42,843 nt of DNA from the NCBI GenBank assembly GCA_030745285.1, contig JASLOV010000063.1, positions 1-42,843 on the forward strand. Reading direction: 5' to 3'. Below, piece by piece: positions 16,355 through 24,980 of the stretch; position 1 is the stretch's first letter, and every line of letters starts with the position of its first letter. The notes beneath the pieces are model-generated. The model ran no database searches. It saw only the letters and a program-made list of their open reading frames with translations, and was not told the DNA's origin. A program made the translations under genes and the position numbers. The DNA is from Dehalococcoidia bacterium. GTDB lineage: Bacteria > Chloroflexota > Dehalococcoidia > UBA2979.

Positions 16355-17308
16355 ATGCTGAAACCCGCCGCCGTCTTCCTCGCTGTCGTTGCGACCATCC
16401 AGTTCGTGACCCTGAGACCCGCAGCCTCGACGCCTTTCCACGGGGACGGGCAGGGCGAGGTCGACGCGCTCATGGAGCGCGCCCTGGAGTCACGGGCTGA
16501 GAACTGGCTCACGCTGCACGATTACATCCTGGACGAGCGCGAGACCCTGACACTGGAGGGGCCCGGAGCCGTCAACCTGTACGGGTTCGACCACGAGTTC
16601 ACATGGTACATCCGGGACGGCTTCTTGATCCGCAGCCCGGTGCGCTACGACGGCGTCGCGATCGACGGCGCCGAGCGGGAAGAGTTCGAAGCGGAGTGGC
16701 TTCGCGACGAGCGGCGACGCTACGCGCGGGCCGAGGAGCGTGACGTGGCCGACGAGTCTGACGTCGACACCGAGTCAGTCGAGCCTCGGTTGATCTCCGA
16801 GGCCAACTTCTTCGACTTCGAGTTCGAGCCGGGGAACTACTACTTCGCCGGTCGAGAGATTCTGGACGGGCACGAGGTCCTGATCATCGAGTACTACCCG
16901 ACGCGGTTCGCCGCGGACGAAGACGAGGAATGGGACGAGCCCACGGACGACGAGGACGAGAAGCGCGAGCGGGAACGCGAGCGGGAAATGGAGAACATGT
17001 TCGCCAAGACGTCGCTCGTGACGATGTGGGTCGATCCCGAGGAGGCCCAGATCGTGAAGTTCACCTTCGAGAACGTCGGGTTCGACTTCCTGCCGCTCCG
17101 ATGGCTGGTGCGCGTCGACGAGATGCGCGCGTCGATGGTCATGAGCCAGCCGTTCGACGGCGTCTGGCTGCCCGAGGAGATCACGATGCGCGGCCGCGTG
17201 ACGTCCGCCTACGGTTCGCTACAGATGGCCTACACACGGGCTTTCTCGAACTACAAGGAGGCGGAGGTCAGTGCCACGATCCGGTCGTTCCGGCCTCCCG
17301 GGGAGTAG
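16355..17308 (+). CDS. Secreted LolA-like (outer-membrane lipoprotein-sorting-protein fold) protein with an acidic low-complexity insert
   Basis: ATG at 16355 (MLKPAAVFLAVVATIQF); the ORF-track start at 16328 is a TTG. NYYFAGREILDGHEVLIIEYYP, VTMWVDPEEAQIVKFTFEN and DGVWLPEEITMRG match the LolA_like pattern as I recall it. The acidic insert is DEDEEWDEPTDDEDEKREREREREME. Confidence 0.6.
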   Translation: MLKPAAVFLAVVATIQFVTLRPAASTPFHGDGQGEVDALMERALESRAENWLTLHDYILDERETLTLEGPGAVNLYGFDHEFTWYIRDGFLIRSPVRYDGVAIDGAEREEFEAEWLRDERRRYARAEERDVADESDVDTESVEPRLISEANFFDFEFEPGNYYFAGREILDGHEVLIIEYYPTRFAADEDEEWDEPTDDEDEKREREREREMENMFAKTSLVTMWVDPEEAQIVKFTFENVGFDFLPLRWLVRVDEMRASMVMSQPFDGVWLPEEITMRGRVTSAYGSLQMAYTRAFSNYKEAEVSATIRSFRPPGE

Positions 17309-18614
17309 CATCCCGCGAACCGCCGGGCGAGCGCTGCTGGCCTGCGCGTTCGCGTCTGTCTACCTCTTCACCGCCCCCGTCTCCGTCCGGGGACAGGCGG
17401 TGGCCCCAGCCCAGCCCGCAGCGCTCGCGCCGCCCGAGGTTGTCGTCGAGGTCCGCGTTCACGGCAACTACTCAATACCCGACGGCGACGTGATCCGGCT
17501 GGCCGGGATCGCGCCGGGCGATTTGCTCGGGCCTGGCGCGGTTGAGTCGATCGAGGGGCGCCTCAGGCAGAGCGACCGCTTCGACGGCGTCGAGGTTCGC
17601 AAGCGCTACCGGTCATTCACGGCGACGCAGGATGTTGCGCTGATTCTGGTGGTCCGCGAGCGGGCGTCCGAGCCGACCGGCAACGTGCTGCTCCGGACCG
17701 GCCAGGTGCTGGCGCGGAAGTCGCTGTTCATGCCGGTCGTGTCCTACGCCGAAGGCTACGGCTTCACCTACGGTGTCCGGGCCAGCACGCTCGATCTGTT
17801 CGGTGCGGGCGAGCAGCTCTCGATCCCGCTGACCTGGGGCGGCAACAGGCGCGCGGCGGTCGAGCTGAACCAGGCATTCGAGCGCGGAACGCCCGGGCAG
17901 CTGCGGGCCGGGGTGGGCGTTTCCAGCCGGGAGCATCCCCATTTCGAGGTGGACGATCGCCGGGTCGAGCTGTGGGCGGGCGTTGACGTCGAGGTCGTCG
18001 ACGGCCTGCGCCTCGGAGGAGACGCGGGGTGGACCGACATCGAATTCGATCAGACGAGTGACCGGTTCGCGACCTACGGTCTGAACCTTTCGTTCGACAC
18101 CCGACACGATCCGACGTTTCCGCGCGATGCCGTCTTCGCCGAAGTGAGAAGGACTTGGCTCGCCCCGGCTGCGTTCGACGCGGTTGTCGGTCGCACCCGG
18201 GTCGATCTGCGCGGCTACAAGGGCGCCTTCGGTCAAGCCGTCGTGTCGGTGCGGGGGCTGTACGAAGGCGCCGACAAGGCGCTACCCGCCTACGAGCAGC
18301 CGCTGCTGGGCGGCGGCCCGACCGTGCGGGGCTACTCGTTCGGGCAGTTCGCCGGCGACAGCCTTGCGGTCGCGTCCGCCGAGCTTCGCCTGCCGCTCAC
18401 CTCGCCGATGAACATCGGCAACGCCGGCGTGACGGTGTTCTACGATACGGGCGCGGCCTACGACGTCGGCCAGCGGCTGCGGAAGACCCGCTTCCACCAG
18501 GGCGTCGGCGCGGGGCTGTTTCTCATCGCGACGGTCTTTCAGCTGAAGCTCGACGTGGCCAAGGGGTTCGACGACGGCACGCACCTGCACCTGTCGGCCG
18601 GGTTCCAGTTTTGA
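17271..18614 (+). CDS. Omp85/BamA-superfamily outer-membrane protein with a single POTRA domain
   Basis: GTG start with AAGGAGGCGGAGG directly upstream. It overlaps the previous gene by 38 nt. The signal peptide is followed by one POTRA-like unit (VVVEVRVHGNYSIPDGDVIRLAGIAPGD...VALILVVRE). Barrel motifs are LGGGPTVRGYSFGQF and VFYDTGAAYD, and the protein ends in SAGFQF. Confidence 0.85.
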   Translation: MPRSGRSGLPGSSIPRTAGRALLACAFASVYLFTAPVSVRGQAVAPAQPAALAPPEVVVEVRVHGNYSIPDGDVIRLAGIAPGDLLGPGAVESIEGRLRQSDRFDGVEVRKRYRSFTATQDVALILVVRERASEPTGNVLLRTGQVLARKSLFMPVVSYAEGYGFTYGVRASTLDLFGAGEQLSIPLTWGGNRRAAVELNQAFERGTPGQLRAGVGVSSREHPHFEVDDRRVELWAGVDVEVVDGLRLGGDAGWTDIEFDQTSDRFATYGLNLSFDTRHDPTFPRDAVFAEVRRTWLAPAAFDAVVGRTRVDLRGYKGAFGQAVVSVRGLYEGADKALPAYEQPLLGGGPTVRGYSFGQFAGDSLAVASAELRLPLTSPMNIGNAGVTVFYDTGAAYDVGQRLRKTRFHQGVGAGLFLIATVFQLKLDVAKGFDDGTHLHLSAGFQF

Positions 18615-18791
18615 ACGGTGTCGCGCCCCGGGCCGATTCTCATCTCTGAGGGGCGGTCGGGCTGCTCGCCTTCGGGATAGTCCATCCCAGGAACGGACAG
18701 ATCCCGCCGCCGGGCGGTCACGCGGCGGGCGGGAATGGACGCTGCCAGAGGGCGACGCCCCTTGGCACGTGACTTGCGACCCGTCCTCGGC

Positions 18792-21215
18792 ATGAACAGC
18801 CTCCTTCAAGATCTGCGATACGGCGTGCGGCTGCTCTGGCAGAACCCCGTCTTCACCGTCGTGACGCTGGCGACCCTGGCCCTGGGCATCGGTGCCACCA
18901 CAGCGATCTTCAGCGTCGTGAATGCCGTGCTGCTCCGGCCGTTGCCGTACGCCGAGCCGGACCGCCTGGTGCGGGTCTATTCCTTGACCGAGGGCGAGCG
19001 CTGGACCGCGTCGCCGCCGGACTTCGTCGATTGGCAAGAGTCTGACGCCTTCGACGCGATTGGCGCCTTCAACATGAATGCCTTCGCGCTCACGGGCGAC
19101 GGTCCGGCAGAGCAGGTGCAGGGTGCGGCGGCGCGCGCGGCGTTCTTCTCGGTGCTCGGCGTCTCACCGATGCTCGGCCGCACCTTCGTCGAGGCCGACG
19201 AGACCGCAGGGCAGGACCAGGCGGTCGTCCTCGGCCACGGCCTCTGGACGCGTCGCTTCGGTGGCGATGCCGAGATCGTCGGGAGCGACGTGACGCTCGA
19301 TGGCCGGAACCGCATCGTCGTGGGTGTGATGCCCGCCGGCTTCGAGTTTCCGAGAGGCGTCGAACTCTGGACGCCGCTGGCGTTCACCACGGACGACCTG
19401 ACGACCCAGCGCGGCGCGCACTACCTGACGGTGGTCGCCCGGCTCGGGGACGGCCGGTCGGTCGATCAGGCCGACGCGGCCATGCGGGCGCTTGCCGACA
19501 ACCTGGCCGCCGAGTACCCCGAGACGAACGAGGGATGGACCGCGACGGTGGTTCCGCTGGGCGAATCGATCGTGGGGGATCTCAGCAGCGTCCTCTGGGT
19601 GCTCGCCGGCGCCGTCGGGGTCGTCCTGCTCATCGCCTGCACGAACGTCGCGAGCCTCCAGCTCGTTCGGTCGTTCGGTCGCGAACGCGAGCTAGCCGTA
19701 CGCGCGGCGCTCGGCGCGTCGCGGCGGCGGCTGGTGCAAGCCCTGTTGTGCGAGAGTCTGGTGATCGGCCTGATCGGCGGGGCGACGGGCGTGCTCCTGG
19801 CCCAGTGGCTCATCGAGGTGCTGACGTTCCTCGCACCCACGGGAATCCCGAGGCTCGAGGAGACGCGGATCGACGGCACGGTGCTCGCCTTCACGGTCGG
19901 GCTGTCGATCCTCGCCGGCGGACTGTCGGGCGTCGTGCCGGCGGTCCAGGCTTCGCTCCCGACCGGCCTCGCCGAGCGGCTCAAGGAGACCGGCGGCATC
20001 CTGTCGAGCGACCCGGCCCGGCGGCGCAGCAAGGCCGCGCTCGTCGTGCTCGAGGTGGCGCTGGCCGTCGTCCTCGTCACCGCGACCGGCCTCCTCCTCA
20101 AGAGCTTCGTCCGGCTCCAGCAGGTCGACCCCGGGTTCGACCCCAGCGGCGTGCTTACCTTCAACGTGTCGCTGCCCGACGCGCGCTATCCCGAGCCGCC
20201 GGCGTCGCGAGAGTTCTTCGCGGAGTTGCTCAACCGGGTCGAGCAACTGCCGGGCGTACGCGGCGCGGCGGCGATCTTCGGGCTTCCGCTCAGCGGGTTC
20301 GGCTATCAGATCTCGGTGGAGAGCGTGGACGGCAGGAGCCGCCGGACCTCTGACGCGGAGCGCAGCGTCCAGGTGCGCGTCGTCACGCCGGGCTACTTCC
20401 GTCAGATGGCGATGCCGATCGTCCAGGGGCGCGGGTTCGAGGAGCGTGATGGCCCCGAGGCGCCGCAGGTGGTGGTCGTGAGTGAGTCGACGGCGCGCCT
20501 ACTCTGGCCCGGGACCGATCCGCTCGGGCACACCTTCTCGGTTGGCACGCGGCTTGGGCTCGGCGGCGAGCGCGTCGGCGGGGAAGTCGTCGGCATCGTG
20601 TCGGATGTCAAGGACCGCGGCCTCGCGGCCGACACCAGTCCGACCATCTATGCCGTGCACGCGCAGTTTCCCGAGAGCTTCATGAGTGTGACGGTTCGCA
20701 CCGACGTCGCGCCAGTGAGTCTCGTCGGGCCGATCCGCGCCGAGATGGCCGACCTGGACGCCGAGCTGCCGATGTTTCGGGTGCGGGCGATGACGGACTT
20801 CGTCGACGACGCCGTCGCCGAGCCCCGGTTCGTCATGCTGCTGGTGGCCTGGTTCGGCCTGTCAGCGATCGCTCTGGCGGCGATTGGCACCTACGGCGTC
20901 ATGGCCCATGCCGTCGGCCAGCGCCGGCGGGAGTTCGGCATCCGGTTGGCCCTGGGGGCGCGTGCGCAAGACATCGTATCGATCGTGCTGAGGCACGGCG
21001 TCGCGCTGGCGGCGCTCGGCGTCGTAGGTGGGCTCGCCGGCGCGCTCATGACGACCCGCCTGCTCCAGGGCCTGCTCTTCGGCGTCGCGCCGAACGACCC
21101 GGCGACGTTCGCCGCGGTCGCGGCGCTGCTGCTCGCGATCGGTGTGGCGGCGTCCTACCTGCCGGCGCGCCGGGCCACGCGCGTCGATCCGCTCGTGGCG
21201 CTGCGCGACGAGTGA
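18792..21215 (+). CDS. MacB-like duplicated FtsX permease of the ADOP (acidobacterial duplicated orphan permease) type
   Basis: ATG at 18792 gives the hallmark N-terminus MNSLLQDLRYGVRLLWQNPVFTVVTLATLALGIGATTAIFSVVNAVLLRPLPY. There are two FtsX-type 4-TM modules, each preceded by a large periplasmic domain. The C-terminus is ARRATRVDPLVALRDE. No ABC ATPase gene is adjacent. Confidence 0.9.
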   Translation: MNSLLQDLRYGVRLLWQNPVFTVVTLATLALGIGATTAIFSVVNAVLLRPLPYAEPDRLVRVYSLTEGERWTASPPDFVDWQESDAFDAIGAFNMNAFALTGDGPAEQVQGAAARAAFFSVLGVSPMLGRTFVEADETAGQDQAVVLGHGLWTRRFGGDAEIVGSDVTLDGRNRIVVGVMPAGFEFPRGVELWTPLAFTTDDLTTQRGAHYLTVVARLGDGRSVDQADAAMRALADNLAAEYPETNEGWTATVVPLGESIVGDLSSVLWVLAGAVGVVLLIACTNVASLQLVRSFGRERELAVRAALGASRRRLVQALLCESLVIGLIGGATGVLLAQWLIEVLTFLAPTGIPRLEETRIDGTVLAFTVGLSILAGGLSGVVPAVQASLPTGLAERLKETGGILSSDPARRRSKAALVVLEVALAVVLVTATGLLLKSFVRLQQVDPGFDPSGVLTFNVSLPDARYPEPPASREFFAELLNRVEQLPGVRGAAAIFGLPLSGFGYQISVESVDGRSRRTSDAERSVQVRVVTPGYFRQMAMPIVQGRGFEERDGPEAPQVVVVSESTARLLWPGTDPLGHTFSVGTRLGLGGERVGGEVVGIVSDVKDRGLAADTSPTIYAVHAQFPESFMSVTVRTDVAPVSLVGPIRAEMADLDAELPMFRVRAMTDFVDDAVAEPRFVMLLVAWFGLSAIALAAIGTYGVMAHAVGQRRREFGIRLALGARAQDIVSIVLRHGVALAALGVVGGLAGALMTTRLLQGLLFGVAPNDPATFAAVAALLLAIGVAASYLPARRATRVDPLVALRDE

Positions 21216-21388
21216 CGAGGTTCATCGCCGCGTGCTCAGCGCGCATCAGGCTCCCGATCTCGACGGCCTGATCCTGAAGGGTTCGATGACCCTGCCCATG
21301 CCTGTTCGGCTCCTCCGAGTCGCACCGGCGAACTCACTTCACCGTGATCTGGACCACCACGGAGGGGTAGAATTGGCGCGTGCCGCCG

Positions 21389-21408
21389 GGTATGAGCGTG
21401 GTCATACC
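21389..21408. promoter_or_regulatory. Inverted repeat GGTATGA-N6-TCATACC upstream of the ferredoxin/AOR operon (candidate operator)
   Basis: Read directly: GGTATGA at 21389-21395 and TCATACC at 21402-21408. It lies 35 nt before the GTG start at 21443 and about 16 nt downstream of a TAGAAT -10-like hexamer (21368-21373). Confidence 0.3.
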
Positions 21409-21442
21409 TTGGGCCCGGGTCGGCACTTATAAGGAAGACGTA

Positions 21443-21958
21443 GTGATTCAGTGCGATATCGGGCTCTGTGTCGGGTGCAGGATCTGCGAGGTGACCTGCA
21501 GTGCCGCGCACTTCGGTGCGGTCCTGCCAGCGCTCTCGCGCATCCGCGTCGCCAAGCTGGAAGAGATCGGCATCGACATGGCGGTCGCGTGCATCAGTTG
21601 CGCCGAGAAGCCCTGCCTCGTCTGTCCGACCGACGCGCTGGCGGTCGGGGAGCGGGGAGAGATCGTGCTCTCCGCCGAGTTGTGCACCGCGTGTCAGGAG
21701 TGCACCGACGCATGTCCGGTCGGCGCGGTCGGATTCTACGAGGACCATCCGCTCTTCTGCGATCTCTGTGACGGCGATGTCTCGTGCGTCTCGACGTGCC
21801 CGACCGACGCGCTGTCCTACGTGGACGAGTGCGGCGCGTCGCTGGAGGCATTTGCCGAGTCCGACGGGTGTCCGGCCGAGAAGCGCACCATCTACGTCGC
21901 GGTGCAGGGCGTGCCGATTCGTGAGAACTGGGCCGCCGGCCGGAGAGTCGATTCATGA
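21443..21958 (+). CDS. Polyferredoxin, 4x[4Fe-4S] (AorA/HybA-like electron-transfer subunit)
   Basis: Four Cys clusters: CVGCRICEVTC, CISCAEKPCLVCP, CTACQECTDACP and CDLCDGDVSCVSTCP. I prefer the GTG at 21443, which has AAGGAAG 6 nt upstream and gives (M)IQCDIGLCVGC. The ORF-track start at 21380 is the alternative. The stop overlaps the AOR start (ATGA). Confidence 0.8.
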   Translation: MIQCDIGLCVGCRICEVTCSAAHFGAVLPALSRIRVAKLEEIGIDMAVACISCAEKPCLVCPTDALAVGERGEIVLSAELCTACQECTDACPVGAVGFYEDHPLFCDLCDGDVSCVSTCPTDALSYVDECGASLEAFAESDGCPAEKRTIYVAVQGVPIRENWAAGRRVDS

Positions 21959-23751
21959 GCATCTGTCGCGGAACGGCTCTGCGCGTCGATCTCACGACCC
22001 AGGAGATCGTCAAGGGCGAGACTCCCGACGACGGCATCGGCGGACGGAGTTGGAACAGCCAGACACTCCTGCGCGAGTTGGCACCGGGCATCGATCCACT
22101 CGGTTCCGAGAACATCCTCTGCCTGTCGGTTGGCCCGTTGACGGGCAGCGAGTTGATCGGCAGCTGTCGCTTCATCGCGAGCGCGAAGAGCCCACTTACG
22201 GGCTTCCTGGGCGATTCCGGCGCGCGCGGCTTCTTCGCGCCCGAGCTGCGCTGGGCCGGAGTCGATCAGATCGTGCTCACGGGCGCGGCCGACCGATGGG
22301 TCTATCTGCTCATTGACGATGGCACGGCCGAGCTTCGAGACGCGTCGCATCTCGTCGGACGCGACATCACGGAGACGACCACCGACCTTCGTACCGAGTT
22401 GCACGACCCCGACCTGCAGGTGGCCGCCATCGGCCCCGCCGGAGAACACCTCGTCCGATACGCGATCATTTCCTGCAATCTGGCGCGTGCGGCCGGCCGG
22501 ACCGGCATGGGCGCCGTGATGGGGTCGAAGCGGCTGAAGGCGATCGCCGTTCGGGGCCGCCAGCCCGTGAAACCGGCCGATCCCGATCGGTTCCGGCGGG
22601 CCTGCGCGGCTCTCGCGGCGTCCATCGAGGGGCACCCCGAGTTCGAAGCCCGCCGACTGTACGGAACGACCCGGATCATGGACTCGCTGGCGGAGATGGG
22701 GGTGTTACCCGCGTATCATTTTCGCAGCGCCCACTTTGACGAGGTCGAGAAGGTCAACGGGCAGGCGCTGCGACGGGACCATGTCGTCAAGCCGAAGTCC
22801 TGCTACAACTGCAACATCTACTGCTCGCGGTACAACGTCACGGAGTACAACGAGGGTGAGGGCCCCGAGTACGAGGCGCAGGCCGGGTTCACCGTCAAGT
22901 GCGGGAACACCGACCTCGAGTTGGCCGTCGGCGTGTCGAATACGGTCAACCGGCTCGGGCTCGATTGCATCAGCACCGCCGAGGTCATCGCGTGGCTGAT
23001 GGAATGCCGCCACGAAGGGCTGATCACCGACGCGGACGTCGGCGGCATCGATCTCGGGTGGGGCTCGCGAGAAGCCCTGCTGCGACTGCCGGAGATGATC
23101 GCGCGGCGCGAAGGGATCGGAGACCTGCTCGCCGACGGCTCGCGACGCGCGGCCGAGGTCTTGGGGCCCGAGACCGCTAGACTGACCGCGGAGGTCAAGG
23201 GGCTCGAGCTGTTCTCAGCCGATCCGAGGGGGATCAAGGGGTACGGCCTGATGAACGCCGTGAACTCCCGGGGCGGCGACCACTACCGGGCGGAACCTTC
23301 GATCGAGTTGACGGGAGACGAAGCCCTCGCCATCCGACGGGTTGGCAATCCCGATGCGGCGCATGCCAAGAAGGAAGAGGGCAAGGGCGCGCTGGTCAAC
23401 TACGCCGAGCACCTGGGCATCCTCTCGGACAGCCTGACGATCTGCAAGAACATCTCGTGCTGCATGGACGTCGTCGACTTCGACCTCGCATCCGATGCCT
23501 ACTCCGGGCTCCTGGGCACGGAGGTGTCGGCAAGCCAGCTCTGGGACGTCTGCACCCAGGTCGGTCAGGCCGAGCGCGACTTCAACCTTCGAGAAGGGCT
23601 CCGACCGGACGACGACACGTTGCCGCGGCGCTTCGTGGAGTCCCCGATCCCCGATGGCCCGGCGGCGGGCACGACCATTGACATCGCGAGGCTGGTCAGC
23701 GATTACTACCGTGAGAAGGGATGGCCCGAGCCGCCACGAGGGGAGAGCTGA
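21955..23751 (+). CDS. aor: Aldehyde:ferredoxin oxidoreductase (AOR) family tungsto/molybdopterin enzyme
   Basis: The N-terminus TALRVDLTTQEI and AAGRTGMGAVMGSKRLKAIAVRG match the AFOR_N domain. CYNCNIYC (CxxCxxxC) plus a distal Cys in LTICKNISCC provide the [4Fe-4S] ligands. GPEYEA and SRGGDHYRAEP are pterin-binding motifs. Confidence 0.9.
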   Translation: MSICRGTALRVDLTTQEIVKGETPDDGIGGRSWNSQTLLRELAPGIDPLGSENILCLSVGPLTGSELIGSCRFIASAKSPLTGFLGDSGARGFFAPELRWAGVDQIVLTGAADRWVYLLIDDGTAELRDASHLVGRDITETTTDLRTELHDPDLQVAAIGPAGEHLVRYAIISCNLARAAGRTGMGAVMGSKRLKAIAVRGRQPVKPADPDRFRRACAALAASIEGHPEFEARRLYGTTRIMDSLAEMGVLPAYHFRSAHFDEVEKVNGQALRRDHVVKPKSCYNCNIYCSRYNVTEYNEGEGPEYEAQAGFTVKCGNTDLELAVGVSNTVNRLGLDCISTAEVIAWLMECRHEGLITDADVGGIDLGWGSREALLRLPEMIARREGIGDLLADGSRRAAEVLGPETARLTAEVKGLELFSADPRGIKGYGLMNAVNSRGGDHYRAEPSIELTGDEALAIRRVGNPDAAHAKKEEGKGALVNYAEHLGILSDSLTICKNISCCMDVVDFDLASDAYSGLLGTEVSASQLWDVCTQVGQAERDFNLREGLRPDDDTLPRRFVESPIPDGPAAGTTIDIARLVSDYYREKGWPEPPRGES

Positions 23752-24980
23752 TGAATGCACGAGAGCAGGATCGCAGGCGCTTCTTGAAGAGCGGCGCAGC
23801 GCTGGCCGGATTGGCGGTGGGCGGGACCCCGTCGGCATACGGCCAGCCGATGTCGAGAGATGTCTCCAGGATTCCTCCCTACGGCATGCGCTCGCGGTTC
23901 GAGACCTCGCACCGGGGTAGCGGGAGACTGCACTCGGGGCAGTCGCCGCTTCAAGATTCGGTGGGGATCATCACCCCGAACCCACTTCACTACGTGGTGA
24001 GTCATGGGGCCTGGTCGCCGGATATCGATCCGCAGGCACATCGTCTCCTGGTCGACGGCATGGTCGACCGTCCGCTGGTCTTCACGATGGACGAGTTGAA
24101 GCGCCTGCCGTCCGTCACGCGGACCCATTTCCTCATGTGCGCGGGCAGCAGCTACGTGACGCGCGGACCGAGGCGGAACGCGCGGACCGTTCAGGAGACC
24201 CACGGGTGGACGAGTTGCGCCGAATGGACCGGGGTGCCGCTCTCCATCGTGCTCGCTGAGGCGGGCGTGCAGGACAGGGCCAGCTGGGTCGTCGCGGAGG
24301 ACGTGACGCGGAAGTGGACGGTGAGCATCCCCCTGGCCAAGGCGATGGACGACACGGTGCTGGTCTACGGCCAGAACGGCGAGGCGATACGCCCCGAGCA
24401 GGGCTACCCGCTGCGGATGCTGGCCCCGGGCTTCGAGGGCACCCGTAGCACGAAGTGGTTGCGGCGAATCAAGGTCGTGGACGAGGCCTATCTCACCCGG
24501 TGGGAGATCACCGTCTACACGAACCTGATGCCGGACGGTAAGGCACGCTGGTTCCAGTTCGAGTTCGAACCGAATTCCGTGATCACCTTCCCGTCGGGCG
24601 AGCAACAGCTGCCGGGTCCAGGATTCTTCGAGATCACCGGCTTGGCGTGGTCCGGCGGCGGCGCCGTCCGCAGGGTGGAGGTGTCCGTCGACGGCGGTCG
24701 CACCTGGGCGGACGCGCAGATTCAGGACCCGGTGCATCGGATGGCACACACCCGGTTCCGGTTCCCTTGGCAGTGGCAGGGCGGCGAGGCGACGCTGCAG
24801 TCGCGCTGCACCGATGAGCGGGGGGACATCCAGCCATCGCTGGCCGAGTTGAACCAGATCTGGGGTGTGGACAACGAATACTGGACGACATCCACCAACC
24901 GGGTCCAGCACCTCAACGCCATTCAACCCTGGAAGGTCGATCGAGACGGGAGCGTTCGCAATGCGATATGGGAATCGTGA
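23751..24980 (+). CDS. Sulfite-oxidase-family molybdoenzyme, SoxC/SorA-like, Tat-exported
   Basis: The ATG at 23751 overlaps the AOR stop by 1 nt (TGATG). The Tat signal is MNAREQDRRRFLKSGAALAGLAVGG. LMCAGSS contains the Mo-ligand Cys. GYPLRMLAPGFEG is present, followed by a C-terminal dimerisation/Ig-like domain. Confidence 0.9.
   Translation: MNAREQDRRRFLKSGAALAGLAVGGTPSAYGQPMSRDVSRIPPYGMRSRFETSHRGSGRLHSGQSPLQDSVGIITPNPLHYVVSHGAWSPDIDPQAHRLLVDGMVDRPLVFTMDELKRLPSVTRTHFLMCAGSSYVTRGPRRNARTVQETHGWTSCAEWTGVPLSIVLAEAGVQDRASWVVAEDVTRKWTVSIPLAKAMDDTVLVYGQNGEAIRPEQGYPLRMLAPGFEGTRSTKWLRRIKVVDEAYLTRWEITVYTNLMPDGKARWFQFEFEPNSVITFPSGEQQLPGPGFFEITGLAWSGGGAVRRVEVSVDGGRTWADAQIQDPVHRMAHTRFRFPWQWQGGEATLQSRCTDERGDIQPSLAELNQIWGVDNEYWTTSTNRVQHLNAIQPWKVDRDGSVRNAIWES

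Noticed and set aside
16964-16987. Short tandem DNA repeats: CGCGAGCGGGAA x2 at 16964-16987, the 9-bp x4 repeat at 41114-41153, and the GAC/GAT run at about 9690-9735. I considered these as possible CRISPR, minisatellite or mobile-element signatures.
   Set aside because: All lie inside coding frames and simply encode low-complexity peptide (ERERERE, PLRPLRPLRPL, poly-Asp). They have no spacers, no flanking inverted repeats and no associated cas or transposase genes.
18615-18791. Hairpins after the Omp85 gene (CGCCCC...GGGGCG at about 18624-18655; CCCGCCGC-N11-GCGGCGGG at about 18702-18728), considered as an intrinsic terminator or small RNA.
   Set aside because: No U-tract follows either stem. 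GC-rich DNA forms such stems by chance, and I recognised no Rfam-like motif. They are not strong enough to annotate.
21278-21293. A tRNA-like T-arm (AGGG-TTCGATGA-CCCT) in the gap upstream of the ferredoxin gene.
   Set aside because: The stem has only 4 bp with an 8-nt loop. No complementary acceptor stem (needed about 65-70 nt upstream of GCCCATG), anticodon arm or D-arm can be drawn. It is not a tRNA.
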